This document shows, one piece after another, positions 21,042 to 31,053 of a stretch of DNA of 64,000 bases. Source of the stretch: Longimicrobiales bacterium (GTDB lineage: Bacteria > Gemmatimonadota > Gemmatimonadetes > Longimicrobiales > Gaopeijiaceae); contig CBDDCX010000005.1 in the NCBI GenBank assembly GCA_965226375.1, positions 64,001 through 128,000 of the forward strand. The letters are read 5' to 3'. Both the position numbers and the translations under genes were made by a program. The number at the start of each line of letters is the position of its first letter. Position 1 is the stretch's first letter. Under the pieces are notes generated by a model, which saw only the letters and a program-made list of their open reading frames with translations, did not search any database and was not told the origin of the DNA.

Positions 21042-23710
21042 GACGTACCTCCGGCGCGAATCTCCAGCAAGAGGTCCAGCGCCTCTTCGTAGTTGGGCGC
21101 GATCTCGAGCGCGTACAGGACGGACCTGCGGGCATCCCGTGCCTGGCCGTCTGCCCAATACGCACGGGCCAATTGGTAGAGCGCTCCGGCCCTGTCCGTG
21201 GGCTCGAGCGCTACCACGGCTCGTCGCTCCCTCACCGCGCCGACCAGGTCGCCTCGCTCGGAGTGGGCTTCGGCCAGGCGAAGGTGCAGATCGATCTCGT
21301 ACGGATAGATCAACACTGCCGCGTCCAACGCCGCCGCCGCTCCGTTCACGTCTCCCATTTCGTTGAGCAGGGCCGCGTGTTGGAGGAACGCTTCATAGTG
21401 GCTCTCGTTCAAAGCGGTCTGTCGCGCCAGAGCCGCCGCGGCCAGCCCCGTTTCCCCTCGTTTCGTATGAATCTGAGCAAGGAACCAGTACGGGCTGTCG
21501 TTTCCCCCGTACTCCGGGAAAAGGCGCAGGGCCGCCCGCAGGTTTCCTTCCGCCGCGTCCAGGCGGTCCTCCTGGAAGAGGGCCACGCCTGCCGTGAGTC
21601 GCGCGCGGAAGTTGTCCGGGTTCTCACGGGCAAGGCGGGTCAGGTCTTCGATCGAGGTGGGCCGTTCCGACATGCCCGCGCTCGCGGCCGGAGCGGCCAG
21701 GGCGTTCAGCGCGGTCTCGTACCGGCCCTGAAAGTACTCGTCGAAGTCCCGGTCGAGCTCCTCCATTTCGATGCCCAGGAGACGCTCCACCAACACAGGA
21801 GTGGTCTCCCCGTCTCTGTAGCCGCGCAACATTTCCAGGATCGGCCGGAATCCCCAGCGGCTCTCGATAAAGTCGAAGACCAGCGACGCCTGCAGATATG
21901 AGTCCACCACCTGCTGGGGATACGACGGCTGCACGAAGCCTGCGTTCATCTGGCTCACCGGAAGCATGAGCCCCTCCTGGTATCGGCCCAGGAATCCGGG
22001 GGAGGGCTGATGGCCCCAGCCCGGTCGGGCCTGGCGCTGCTCGTGCACGGCCAAGCCCTCGGAGAACCAACGGGGGACCTCGTGCTCGCTAAGGCCGAGG
22101 TGGAAGACGTGAGCCATCTCGTGCCAGAGGACGGAGGCCCAGTTGAAGTCCCCCACGGGTTTGGCCGATGGCGAGTCCATGGCCACGACGCTCCCGAACG
22201 TTACGCCCAGGGCGCCGATGCCGGCCAGGCCCACGGTTCGCACCGAGAAGTCCGCATGGTTAGGGAAGACCTCGATCCGGATCGGCAGGGGTGGGGTGTA
22301 CCCGCCGTACCGTTCCACGAGAGACTCCAGAGCTTCCGTCGCGATCTGCTCGATGTAGGGGGTGAGCACCTCGGCCTCGCGTTCGTGGAGTACGTATTCG
22401 AAGCGAGGGTCGTCTTTCAGAACTTCGTAGTCCTCGAAGGTGTCGAGCAGGCTCAACGTATTGAAGAACCACACGCTGTACGGGTCACCTTCGAACGCGG
22501 TCTCGAGGCTGGCTCGTCCCTCCTCGATCCGTCCGAGCCGGAGTTGATTCACCCCCAGGATGCCGTGGGCTCTCCAGGACTGGGGGTCGAGGGCGATGGC
22601 CTCCGAAGCGAGGAGGGCAGCTTGATGGTACTTCCGGCTCTTCACGGTCAATTCGGCGATGTCGTTGTAGATGTCGCCGTACCCAGGGCTCAAGTCCCGC
22701 ACCCGGTCCCGCACTCTTTCGTAGTCACTAACCTCGCCGCGCAGGTAGTGGGAGGCAGCCAGGGCGCTCAGGGCTCCCAGTGAAACGGGGTTCACGTCGA
22801 GGGCCGCGTCTATCTCGGAGCGAGCCTCTTCATGGTTCTCCACTTCGAGGTGCAGCCAGGCCTTGAAGACGTGGCCGGCCGCGAGATTGGGGTTGCTCTC
22901 CAGAGCCTCCTTCACTCGATCCATCACCCCGACGGTGCCGTTGAACTTCATGGCCCGGGCCATGCCCAGGAGTGCCCTCGGGTGCCTGGGGTTTTGGGCG
23001 AGGACTCCCTTCAGGGACGCGTCAGCCTCTGTACCGTCGTACTTCTCCAGAAACAGCTCGCCCACGAGCACGCGCGCTTCCAGAGCGGTGGGATCGGCCG
23101 CGATCGCCTCGTCGTAGGCCCTGAGGGCGTCCTTGAAGAGCTCGTGGTGGGCGATGCCCAGGTATCGCACGGCCGTGGCGATCGCGGTGAGTTCTTTCGA
23201 GGAGAGAGCCGCGGCGTCGCTGTACAGATCGATGAACGAGTCGAACTCCGTAAGTGCGAAATCGCGATCCCCATACGTCCATTCGAGGATCGCCTGATTG
23301 AGGCGAGCCGTATGCCGGTCCCAAGCTCGACCCTCCCAGGCTCGCACGAAGTGCTCCCGCGCCTCTTCGAGACGGCCAACCTCGTACAGTACCTCACCGA
23401 TGGAGTTGGCCAGCTCAACGGAGAGCGCGTCGGGGGCCTTCGCTCCCTCCTTGATCGCCTCTTCGTAGCGGCCGATCTCCGCGAGCGCACCCAAGTAGCC
23501 AACGTACGCATCCAGGCGGGCCTCGAGCAGCACACCGGCGGGAGTCGCCTCTCCCGGGGCTGCCAACTCGCGGAGCGCCGAAATGGCCGCGTCGTACTCA
23601 CCGGATCGTAGCTGGCGCAGGGCTTGGTCGGCCATCTGCGAGTTGCCCTCGGCCCAGAAGCCGAGCTGGGCGACCATCGCGACAGCAACGAGTGGGAGCC
23701 AACGCCTCAT
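21038..23710 (-). CDS. Secreted TPR-repeat protein with a peptidase MA (gluzincin)-like domain
   Basis: Signal peptide, many TPR-like helices, VLWHEMAHVF (HExxH) and PRWFSEGLA. Confidence 0.88.
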   Translation of the reverse strand: MRRWLPLVAVAMVAQLGFWAEGNSQMADQALRQLRSGEYDAAISALRELAAPGEATPAGVLLEARLDAYVGYLGALAEIGRYEEAIKEGAKAPDALSVELANSIGEVLYEVGRLEEAREHFVRAWEGRAWDRHTARLNQAILEWTYGDRDFALTEFDSFIDLYSDAAALSSKELTAIATAVRYLGIAHHELFKDALRAYDEAIAADPTALEARVLVGELFLEKYDGTEADASLKGVLAQNPRHPRALLGMARAMKFNGTVGVMDRVKEALESNPNLAAGHVFKAWLHLEVENHEEARSEIDAALDVNPVSLGALSALAASHYLRGEVSDYERVRDRVRDLSPGYGDIYNDIAELTVKSRKYHQAALLASEAIALDPQSWRAHGILGVNQLRLGRIEEGRASLETAFEGDPYSVWFFNTLSLLDTFEDYEVLKDDPRFEYVLHEREAEVLTPYIEQIATEALESLVERYGGYTPPLPIRIEVFPNHADFSVRTVGLAGIGALGVTFGSVVAMDSPSAKPVGDFNWASVLWHEMAHVFHLGLSEHEVPRWFSEGLAVHEQRQARPGWGHQPSPGFLGRYQEGLMLPVSQMNAGFVQPSYPQQVVDSYLQASLVFDFIESRWGFRPILEMLRGYRDGETTPVLVERLLGIEMEELDRDFDEYFQGRYETALNALAAPAASAGMSERPTSIEDLTRLARENPDNFRARLTAGVALFQEDRLDAAEGNLRAALRLFPEYGGNDSPYWFLAQIHTKRGETGLAAAALARQTALNESHYEAFLQHAALLNEMGDVNGAAAALDAAVLIYPYEIDLHLRLAEAHSERGDLVGAVRERRAVVALEPTDRAGALYQLARAYWADGQARDARRSVLYALEIAPNYEEALDLLLEIRAGGTS

Positions 23711-24726
23711 GAGCCCCCACCCACCCGAGCCTGAATCGCACGGTTCTTCAGGGCCAACTCGACGAGCAGGTCCTCGAGCGCGGTCTCGTAGCGCGCCTCC
23801 TCCATCTGGTCCTTGATGTCGGTGAGTTCGGCGACACGCTGCTCCAGGGTAGCCTTCTCCTCGTACAGCACCCTGAGCACGGGGTCGTCCGTGGACAGGG
23901 CCGCCACAGTCGTCGGGCTGGCTCCAAGGAACAGCGTGCCGGCAAGCGCCCCGTCCAGGCCCTCCTCCAGGTTCGTGCTTCCCTCACCGTCACCGTTGTC
24001 GTCCAGGAGTGCGTGCTCGGTCTGGATCCGGCCGTCGGCCTCGTACTCACGGGCCACCTCCGTGGTTGCGAACTCGAAGGCCTCGGACATGGATACGCGG
24101 CCGTTCTTGTCGAGGTCGGCTCCGTCTCCCGTGAACGCGCCCACGAAGTAGCCCGCGAAGACGGACTCGTTGCGCTCCATGCCCGTCTTGGTCGCGGTGA
24201 CGATGGCACGCCTCGGGCCAGAGAGGACCGAGACGAACCCGCCGCTGGCGCTGGACACGTTGGCGAACGAGACATCCTGATCGGACAACTGATCGAGCAT
24301 GAGCGCGAAGTCCTCTGCGGTCAGGTCGGGCCCGGGCAGGTTGAAGCGCGACTCTCCGGACGTGTAGCTGCCGTGTCCGATGAGCATGATGAACACGTGG
24401 TCGCCGGGTTCGGCCTTGGACGCGATTTCGGCAAAGATCCGTTCCACGTTGTCTCGGCTGGATCGGTCGGTGATCCGGGGATCGGCATCCGGATTTTCGC
24501 CGAGGTATACGATGTGGTCTCGGGGTACACCGAGCCTTTCCGTGGCGGCTTCGACGAAGGAGCCGCCCCACTCGAGGAAGCGTTGTCGGTAGGTATCGTC
24601 CCCGCCTAGGCCACCGATCACAAGGACATGCGTATCCTGCGCAGAGGCCGAATTCGGCATCGATGCCGCGCACGGTACGACGAGGCTCAAAAGGAGGGTG
24701 GTAACCCCGAGACGCTTCCGCCTCAC
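23707..24726 (-). CDS. Secreted caspase/legumain (clan CD)-fold protein lacking the catalytic Cys
   Basis: GTG at 24726 overlaps the upstream TGA; signal peptide; VFIMLIGHGS, NVSSASGGF, DLDKNGRVSMSEAF, EHALLDDNGDG. Confidence 0.72.
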   Translation of the reverse strand: MRRKRLGVTTLLLSLVVPCAASMPNSASAQDTHVLVIGGLGGDDTYRQRFLEWGGSFVEAATERLGVPRDHIVYLGENPDADPRITDRSSRDNVERIFAEIASKAEPGDHVFIMLIGHGSYTSGESRFNLPGPDLTAEDFALMLDQLSDQDVSFANVSSASGGFVSVLSGPRRAIVTATKTGMERNESVFAGYFVGAFTGDGADLDKNGRVSMSEAFEFATTEVAREYEADGRIQTEHALLDDNGDGEGSTNLEEGLDGALAGTLFLGASPTTVAALSTDDPVLRVLYEEKATLEQRVAELTDIKDQMEEARYETALEDLLVELALKNRAIQARVGGGS

Positions 24727-27011
24727 ACCAGGCTCCTGTTCCTGCGGTAGCCCCACTCGCCGGCCATGAGGCTCAGAAGCAGGATCAGAAGGATGGGCAT
24801 ATCCCAAAGATCCCGTTCCTCCGTAAGCGTCACCCCCGCACCGGTCAGGCTGATGTCTTCTGCGAGCGATGCCACATTGTCGGGAGTGTAGAAGAGGCCC
24901 CCCGTCTCCTCCGCCACTCGGCGGAGCGTAGTACCTCGCATGCTCGCGTCGAAGTACTCGTCGTTGGAGGGGGCCGCCTGTACGTAGGTGAGCGCCGTGC
25001 CCAGCGTGTCCCCGGCCCGCATGGCCTGAACGGAAATTTCGTACAGTCCCGGCTCCGATGTCGTAAAGCTGGCATCGTAGCGCCCGTCCTGATCGACCGC
25101 CCAGTCCAAGGGCACAGTGAGTGAGTCTCCGCTCGGGCTCAGGACCGTGGCGACAATGCTGCCGTTGTTGATCTCTACGTACGCCGAGTCGTTCACCTCG
25201 GCCGAGATCGCGACCGCCTGCCCGGGCTCCACGACTTCTTGATCGCTCTGGGCGCCGACTCGGTGCGGCACGCCGTCGGACAGCCATCGCAGGAGTTGGC
25301 GCCAGAACGTCTCATGGGTCTGGTCTTCAAGGTCCACGTCAGCGTGCATCTGCCAGATCCACGAATCTTGGATGGGGAGCACGATGACCTTGCCGCGGCC
25401 GTACCGGTGGTAGGCCATCACGATCTGGGTCGTGCGGTCGTCCTCACTACCGCCGGTGAGGAGGCTAGTGGCTCCAGGTTTCAGGCGGGTTATGGGGTTC
25501 AGAGACGACACCGCAGGGAGGGATTCCCAAAGCTCTCTGACCTCATCGCCTCCATCTCCTCCGAGCTGGGTCGCTGGGTGGGTGAGTCCGGTACGCGTCG
25601 GGCTGACGAGGAGTTCGGTGAAGAAGGGTCGGCCGTCGCTCAGCTCGTCGTCCAGGAAAACGGGCAGGGCTTCCGCCAGAGGCGTGCCCTCGTAGCCCCC
25701 TTCCCGGAACGAATTGCGTCCTCCGAGCAGAAGAAGTCCTCCGCCCCGCTGAGACACGAAGTCCGCGATCATGTTGAGCTGGTCGTGGGTAAAGAAGCTG
25801 GCCTCGACACTACCCAGAATCAGGGCTCGGTACCGGAACAACTCCTCACGAGTCTTCGGAAAGCCGGCGGCAAGCTCATCCGCGTCGTCGACGTCGAGCC
25901 GAAGGAATTTGCTTTCGGCGGTCCGCTGGAGGACGACCACCTGAAGGTTGTCGTCGTCGGACACGGCGCGACGGATGAACTTTACCTCCCAGCGAGGCTC
26001 GCCCTCGAAATAGAGGATCTTTTCCGCCTGGTCCACCACGTCGACCAAGACCTCACGTACGTTGTTTCTGGTGACTCTTTCCCCGTCCTGAATCGGCACC
26101 CGAAACTGGAGTAGGCGCGGCCCGCTCTCGGAGACTTCGAGGCGGATGCGCGCGACGACCGGCTCTCCGTCTCCGGCCAGTGTCACGTCCTCGGTGGCCA
26201 TGAGGACCCCTCCGTCCTCTACCACGAGGGGGACCGTGTTCTGGGAGTAGCCACGGTGCGAGATGATGACGTCGACGACCAGGGACGTCCCTTTGAGCAC
26301 CGTCCGCGGGACCTCGACCCGGCTGACCTGAACGTCGGGAGAAAGGGTTTCCTGCCCGAGTCCGATCGTGTAGACGGGTATGTTGGCCGCCTGAAGTGGC
26401 AACAGTGACTCCGCGAGGGTTTCCCCCGAGTTGTCGGCGCCGTCGGAAATCACGACGAGGCCGGAAAGGGGAACACCCGCCAACTCCTCTTGAGCGCGGA
26501 CCATCGCTCTACCCAACTGTGTGCCCGTTCCCTCATAGGTCAGCTCCGACACGTCGCCTAGGCGACTCGACCCCCTGCTGAAGCGGAAGAACCGGAGGGC
26601 GAACTTGTCGCTGAGCTCGTTGAGTAGCTCGCTCCCCTCCGCTCCGAAGGTCTGCCCGATGAAGTCGCTGCGCGGAACACCGTCGTCGTCGGTGATCTGC
26701 ATGCTCTGGGAATCGTCGATGAGGATTCCAACGAAATTCCGCTGGGGCACCACCGACGTGAGAACCAGCGTCGGTTGGAAGAGAATGAAGACCAGAAGCC
26801 CGATGACCCCGAGTCGTAGCGTGGCCATGACGGTCCGGTCCACCGGCCGTGTATTACCCCGGGCAGCGGTGTAGGTGAGGACCGTCGGGATGGACAGCGC
26901 TGCCACCAGCCCGAGCACCGCCATGGTGGGCCACGGAGATCCGAAGGTAAACTCACCCTCTTGGAAAAGGAGAGGGCGGTACTTGAACAGGAACTCGAAG
27001 ATGCCCTGCAT
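24723..27011 (-). CDS. Membrane protein with vWA and glutamine amidotransferase-like domains
   Basis: N-terminal TM helices, LIDDSQSM MIDAS, ISDGADN, ILYFEGEPRWEVKF, GGGLLLLGG, FWRQLLRWL, C-terminal TM with EWGYRR. Confidence 0.82.
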   Translation of the reverse strand: MQGIFEFLFKYRPLLFQEGEFTFGSPWPTMAVLGLVAALSIPTVLTYTAARGNTRPVDRTVMATLRLGVIGLLVFILFQPTLVLTSVVPQRNFVGILIDDSQSMQITDDDGVPRSDFIGQTFGAEGSELLNELSDKFALRFFRFSRGSSRLGDVSELTYEGTGTQLGRAMVRAQEELAGVPLSGLVVISDGADNSGETLAESLLPLQAANIPVYTIGLGQETLSPDVQVSRVEVPRTVLKGTSLVVDVIISHRGYSQNTVPLVVEDGGVLMATEDVTLAGDGEPVVARIRLEVSESGPRLLQFRVPIQDGERVTRNNVREVLVDVVDQAEKILYFEGEPRWEVKFIRRAVSDDDNLQVVVLQRTAESKFLRLDVDDADELAAGFPKTREELFRYRALILGSVEASFFTHDQLNMIADFVSQRGGGLLLLGGRNSFREGGYEGTPLAEALPVFLDDELSDGRPFFTELLVSPTRTGLTHPATQLGGDGGDEVRELWESLPAVSSLNPITRLKPGATSLLTGGSEDDRTTQIVMAYHRYGRGKVIVLPIQDSWIWQMHADVDLEDQTHETFWRQLLRWLSDGVPHRVGAQSDQEVVEPGQAVAISAEVNDSAYVEINNGSIVATVLSPSGDSLTVPLDWAVDQDGRYDASFTTSEPGLYEISVQAMRAGDTLGTALTYVQAAPSNDEYFDASMRGTTLRRVAEETGGLFYTPDNVASLAEDISLTGAGVTLTEERDLWDMPILLILLLSLMAGEWGYRRNRSLV

Positions 27012-27033
27012 CAGGTCATTTCCTGCGGCATGA

Positions 27034-27918
27034 TCAGTGACTCATGGCGTACACGATCATGTTCACGCCCATCTCGTAGGCGTATGTCGAGTACTTGAGT
27101 GGATAGTAAGGGTTGTCCGCCCACTCCCAGGCGTCGCCCAGGTCGGTATTGAAATTGATGACCACCATGAGGCGGCCGTTCTCATCGTGGATACCCTTGA
27201 CCATGGGCACGATCCCGTCGCGCTCGTGGGTCTGCCAGCCGTTCACACCATTGGTGACGTTGGGCACCTGCATGATCGCCTCGATCTCATAAAACGTCGT
27301 GAAGATCGGGTGTTCGAGTGGCAGATCTACGATGGAATAGCCGGGCAGCACCAGCTGCATCTGGTACTCGAAGTTGGCCCACTCTCGAGATCCCCAGAAG
27401 TCGTCGATCACCAGGAAGCCGCCCGCCATGAGATAGCTCCGGAGGCCCTGGATCTCGGGGTCGGTGAGGGCCATACGCCCGACTTCGAGAGCGTAGAGAT
27501 ACGGGAAGCGGCGCACGTTCGGATCGTCGAGTCGCACCGGGTGCTCCCGTTCGTAGGCATCCAGGTTGGCCAGAAGCCGATCGATGAACGAGAGGAAAAT
27601 CTGGTCGGCCTTGGGATAGTCCGTCGCCCACGAGCGGCCCCGCCCGTAGAACCCGCGGCTGTATCCCGTATAGGCTACGCGCGAGAAGTAGAACTCGCGC
27701 GGGATCCCCTCGGCTTGCACCGCCGCATCGCCGGACATCTCGGAGCGCGACAGCTCCCGAGCCGCCGAAACGGTCTCAGGCGAGAGGAAATGAGTCGACC
27801 CCACATGACCCTCCCGAGGAAACTGGGGGAGCGGTTCGGGGGGGGCGCTGTTCAGGGTGGGAGAACCGGTGAGGAGCGTGAGCGTGGCCGCACTTATCAG
27901 AGACACCAATGCGCGCAC
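27034..27918 (-). CDS. DUF4159 domain protein, first gene of the MoxR operon
   Basis: Signal peptide; WATDYPKAD, GGFLVIDDFWG, NTDLGDAWEWAD, GVNMIVYAMSH. Confidence 0.88.
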   Translation of the reverse strand: MRALVSLISAATLTLLTGSPTLNSAPPEPLPQFPREGHVGSTHFLSPETVSAARELSRSEMSGDAAVQAEGIPREFYFSRVAYTGYSRGFYGRGRSWATDYPKADQIFLSFIDRLLANLDAYEREHPVRLDDPNVRRFPYLYALEVGRMALTDPEIQGLRSYLMAGGFLVIDDFWGSREWANFEYQMQLVLPGYSIVDLPLEHPIFTTFYEIEAIMQVPNVTNGVNGWQTHERDGIVPMVKGIHDENGRLMVVINFNTDLGDAWEWADNPYYPLKYSTYAYEMGVNMIVYAMSH

Positions 27919-28164
27919 CGTTCACTCCAATCTCGTCGTCAACCCTCCCTTTCCCGGCCGGATCACTCGCACGCGCGACAGTGGCGTTCTGGCCGGGCCG
28001 AGGGGGATGTATCGGTACGTAACCCCCTGTTAAAGGTTCCTCAAAGAAAGCCGAGGATCCTACCGTCTGAGAAAGCTGGCGGTGGAGAAGCAAAACACGT
28101 AATAGATGCATAAGGTTGGCCTCGTCAAATGAGACTGAAGGCCGGAAGGCGACAGGGTATCCTC

Positions 28165-28530
28165 ATGGACCATAGAACCAAGGTCTCGATCCGAGACTTT
28201 GCCATCTTCCAGCTCAAGCTGTTGATCGATGGCCTCAAGGACGGCGCGGTGTTCACGGTATCGTTCGTCGCTTTTGCCGTCGACCTCGTCTTCAAGCGCC
28301 ACGGGAACCGCCGGTACTTCTACAAGGTCATGCGGGTGAGCGAGAAGTTCGACCTGTGGCTCAACCTTCACGGTGCGGCGGAGCGGGCCGAGTCGAGCGA
28401 TGACGGTCTCTTCGGGGTCAGCAAGGCGGGGAGCGACACGCTCCTGGGCACGCTCGAGCAGCTTATCCGAGCAGGGGACGAACCTCAGAAGAAGCTCGGC
28501 CCCGACGCCGACTTCAGGGACGAGATCTGA
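28165..28530 (+). CDS. Hypothetical protein
   Basis: Protein-like ORF (FQLKLLIDGLKD, SEKFDLWLNL) filling the gap, with one hydrophobic segment. Confidence 0.7.
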   Translation: MDHRTKVSIRDFAIFQLKLLIDGLKDGAVFTVSFVAFAVDLVFKRHGNRRYFYKVMRVSEKFDLWLNLHGAAERAESSDDGLFGVSKAGSDTLLGTLEQLIRAGDEPQKKLGPDADFRDEI

Positions 28531-28684
28531 GAGGATCGAGCCGGCGGACCAGCCTATGGCTGACCCGCCGGGAGATGCGGGGGCCGTCACTGCACTTCTG
28601 AGAGGGTCGGGGGTAGCGTGAACCGTTCCTCCGGCTAGCTACCCTTTGGGCGGCGGCCAGACGCTCAGGCATCAAGAGGTCGCA

Positions 28685-29188
28685 ATGAACGACAAGATGC
28701 AGGCCGCATTCAACGAGCAGATCAAGCAAGAGTTCTACGCAGGATATCTCTACCTTTCCATGTCCGCCCACTTCGAGGCCGAGAATCTTCCCGGCTTCGC
28801 CCACTGGATGAGGTTGCAAGCCCAGGAGGAGTCGGAGCACGCCCTGCGGCTGTTCGACCACATACTGCGCCGTGGCGGGCGGGTCGAGCTCCAGGAGATG
28901 GACGGCCCTCAGACGCAGTTCGGACCGCCTGCGGAAGTGTTCGAGAGTGTGTTTGCCCACGAGCAGAAGGTGACGGGGCTGATCCATCGCCTCTTCGAGC
29001 TTGCGGGGGAGGAGGGCGATTGGGCAGCTCAGCAGGAGCTGCAGTGGTTCATCGCCGAACAGGTCGAGGAAGAGGACGCCGCCTCGGCGGCCCGGGATCA
29101 GGTTCGCATGGCCGGCGACGATCAGGCCGCGCTTCTCATGCTGGATCGGGAGTTTGGCGCCAGGGTTTTGGAGAACGACGAAGCTTGA
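28685..29188 (+). CDS. ftnA: Non-heme ferritin
   Basis: NEQIKQEFYAGYLYLSMS, QAQEESEHA, HEQKVT, WFIAEQVEEE ferroxidase residues. Confidence 0.92.
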   Translation: MNDKMQAAFNEQIKQEFYAGYLYLSMSAHFEAENLPGFAHWMRLQAQEESEHALRLFDHILRRGGRVELQEMDGPQTQFGPPAEVFESVFAHEQKVTGLIHRLFELAGEEGDWAAQQELQWFIAEQVEEEDAASAARDQVRMAGDDQAALLMLDREFGARVLENDEA

Positions 29189-29217
29189 TCCTCCACCATA
29201 GGCGGAGAGCGTAACCC

Positions 29218-31053
29218 GTGCCCCCGGGTCTGGGGCGACCCCGCTCGGTCGATCTTCCGCCCTTCAAAGAACGTTTGGTGGCGCTCCGCCTCGTGCCACG
29301 CTTCCTGCGCATGGTCTGGCGCGCTCATCCTCGTTACGCCGCTGCCATCGTTTCTCTGCGGCTGGTACTGGCGTTCTCGCCGGTTGTGCAGCTGTGGATC
29401 GGCAAGTTCATCATCGACGGGGTGGTGGCCAACATCGGGGCCGCGCAGCCCGATTGGACCGGTATCATGCGGCTGGTGGCGCTGGAGCTGGCGGTCGCCC
29501 TGGTGTCCGACCTCTTCCAAAGGGCGTCCAACCTGTTGGAGAGCCTGCTGGCCGATCTCTTCGGCAACCGGCTCTCCGTCCGCATCATGGAACACGCCGC
29601 GACACTCGATCTGGAAAATTTCGAGGATCCCGAGTTCTATGACTCGCTCGAAAGGGCCCGGCGCCAGACCGTAGGGCGCATCGGTCTGGTCGCGCTGCTC
29701 CTCGGCATCGGGCAGAGCGCCCTGACGCTGGCGTCTCTCCTGGTGGCTTTGGTAGCGTTCAACGTGTGGCTCCTGCTGCTACTCGTATTGGCCGTATTGC
29801 CGTCGTTCATCGGCGAGACCCACTTCGCTGGACTGTCGTATTCCTTGCTCTTCAAGTGGACTCCCGAGCGCAGAGAACTCGACTACCTGCGGTACGTGGC
29901 CACCAGCAACGTCACGGCCAAGGAAGTGAAGCTGTTCGGGCTCTCCGACTACTTCACGCGGAAGTACGAACGCTTGGCGGACGAGTTCTACGCGGCCAAC
30001 AAGGCACTCTCCACCAAGCGGGCGGTCACCTCAGGGGGACTGACTGCGGTCTCGACCTTGGGTTACTACGCCGCCAACGTGTTCATCATCGTGGACACGG
30101 TTCGCGGAGTCCTCAGTCTGGGGGATCTCACGTTCCTGGTGGGGTCGTTCCAGAGGAGCCGGGCACTGATCAGTGGCATTCTCTTACGGTCCGCCGACGT
30201 CTACGAGCAGAGCCTTTTTCTCCGAGACCTCTTCACCTTCTTGGAGATGAAGCCCGCTGCTCCGAGCCCGGCTCATCCTGTGCCGGTACCTCGACCCATC
30301 GAGGACGGCATCGTTTTCGAGAACGTCGGGTTCCGGTATCCGGACAGCGACCAGTGGGCCCTTCGCGGTGTCTCACTCCGCATCGGTGCCGGCGAACGGG
30401 TGGCCTTCGTGGGCGAGAACGGGGCCGGGAAGACCACGCTGGTCAAGCTGCTGGCGCGACTCTACGACCCCAATGAGGGACGCATCCTCCTGGATGGAGT
30501 CGACCTGAAGGAGTACGACGTACACGAGTTGAGACGTGCGATCGGAGTCATCTTCCAGGACTTCGTCCGCTACGATCTGGTCATGCGGGAGAACATCGCG
30601 GTGGGTCAAATCGAGGCCCTCGAGGACCAATCGCGTATCGTGCGGGCCGCCGAAGACAGTCTCGCCGACAAGGTCGTGGCCGAGCTCGAGGAGGGGTTTG
30701 AGCACATGCTCGGCCGGCGCTTCAAGGGTGGCGCGAACCTCTCTGGAGGGGAGTGGCAGAAGGTGGGCCTGGCACGCGCCTACATGCGTGACGCCCAGAT
30801 GCTCATTCTGGACGAGCCCACGGCTGCGTTGGACGCCAAGGCCGAGTACCAGGTCTTCGAGCGGTTCGCGGCGCTGACTCGAGGACGGATGGCCGTGCTC
30901 ATCTCTCATCGCTTCTCGACCGTGCGTATGGCCGACCGCATCGTGGTCCTCGAGGACGGTGGCATTGCGGAGGATGGCACCCACGAGGAGCTCTTGGCCC
31001 TGGAGGGTCGATACGCAGAGCTCTTTACGCTACAGGCGGCTGGGTATCGTTAG
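29218..31053 (+). CDS. ABC exporter, fused permease/ATP-binding protein
   Basis: TM domain plus GENGAGKTT, LSGGEWQ, ILDEPTAALD, ISHRFSTVR. Confidence 0.93.
   Translation: MPPGLGRPRSVDLPPFKERLVALRLVPRFLRMVWRAHPRYAAAIVSLRLVLAFSPVVQLWIGKFIIDGVVANIGAAQPDWTGIMRLVALELAVALVSDLFQRASNLLESLLADLFGNRLSVRIMEHAATLDLENFEDPEFYDSLERARRQTVGRIGLVALLLGIGQSALTLASLLVALVAFNVWLLLLLVLAVLPSFIGETHFAGLSYSLLFKWTPERRELDYLRYVATSNVTAKEVKLFGLSDYFTRKYERLADEFYAANKALSTKRAVTSGGLTAVSTLGYYAANVFIIVDTVRGVLSLGDLTFLVGSFQRSRALISGILLRSADVYEQSLFLRDLFTFLEMKPAAPSPAHPVPVPRPIEDGIVFENVGFRYPDSDQWALRGVSLRIGAGERVAFVGENGAGKTTLVKLLARLYDPNEGRILLDGVDLKEYDVHELRRAIGVIFQDFVRYDLVMRENIAVGQIEALEDQSRIVRAAEDSLADKVVAELEEGFEHMLGRRFKGGANLSGGEWQKVGLARAYMRDAQMLILDEPTAALDAKAEYQVFERFAALTRGRMAVLISHRFSTVRMADRIVVLEDGGIAEDGTHEELLALEGRYAELFTLQAAGYR

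Noticed and set aside
24727..25287. 187-aa N-terminal extension of the 526-aa ORF
   Set aside because: Overlaps the upstream gene in another frame and is Arg/Gly-rich noise; the real start is the GTG at 24726.
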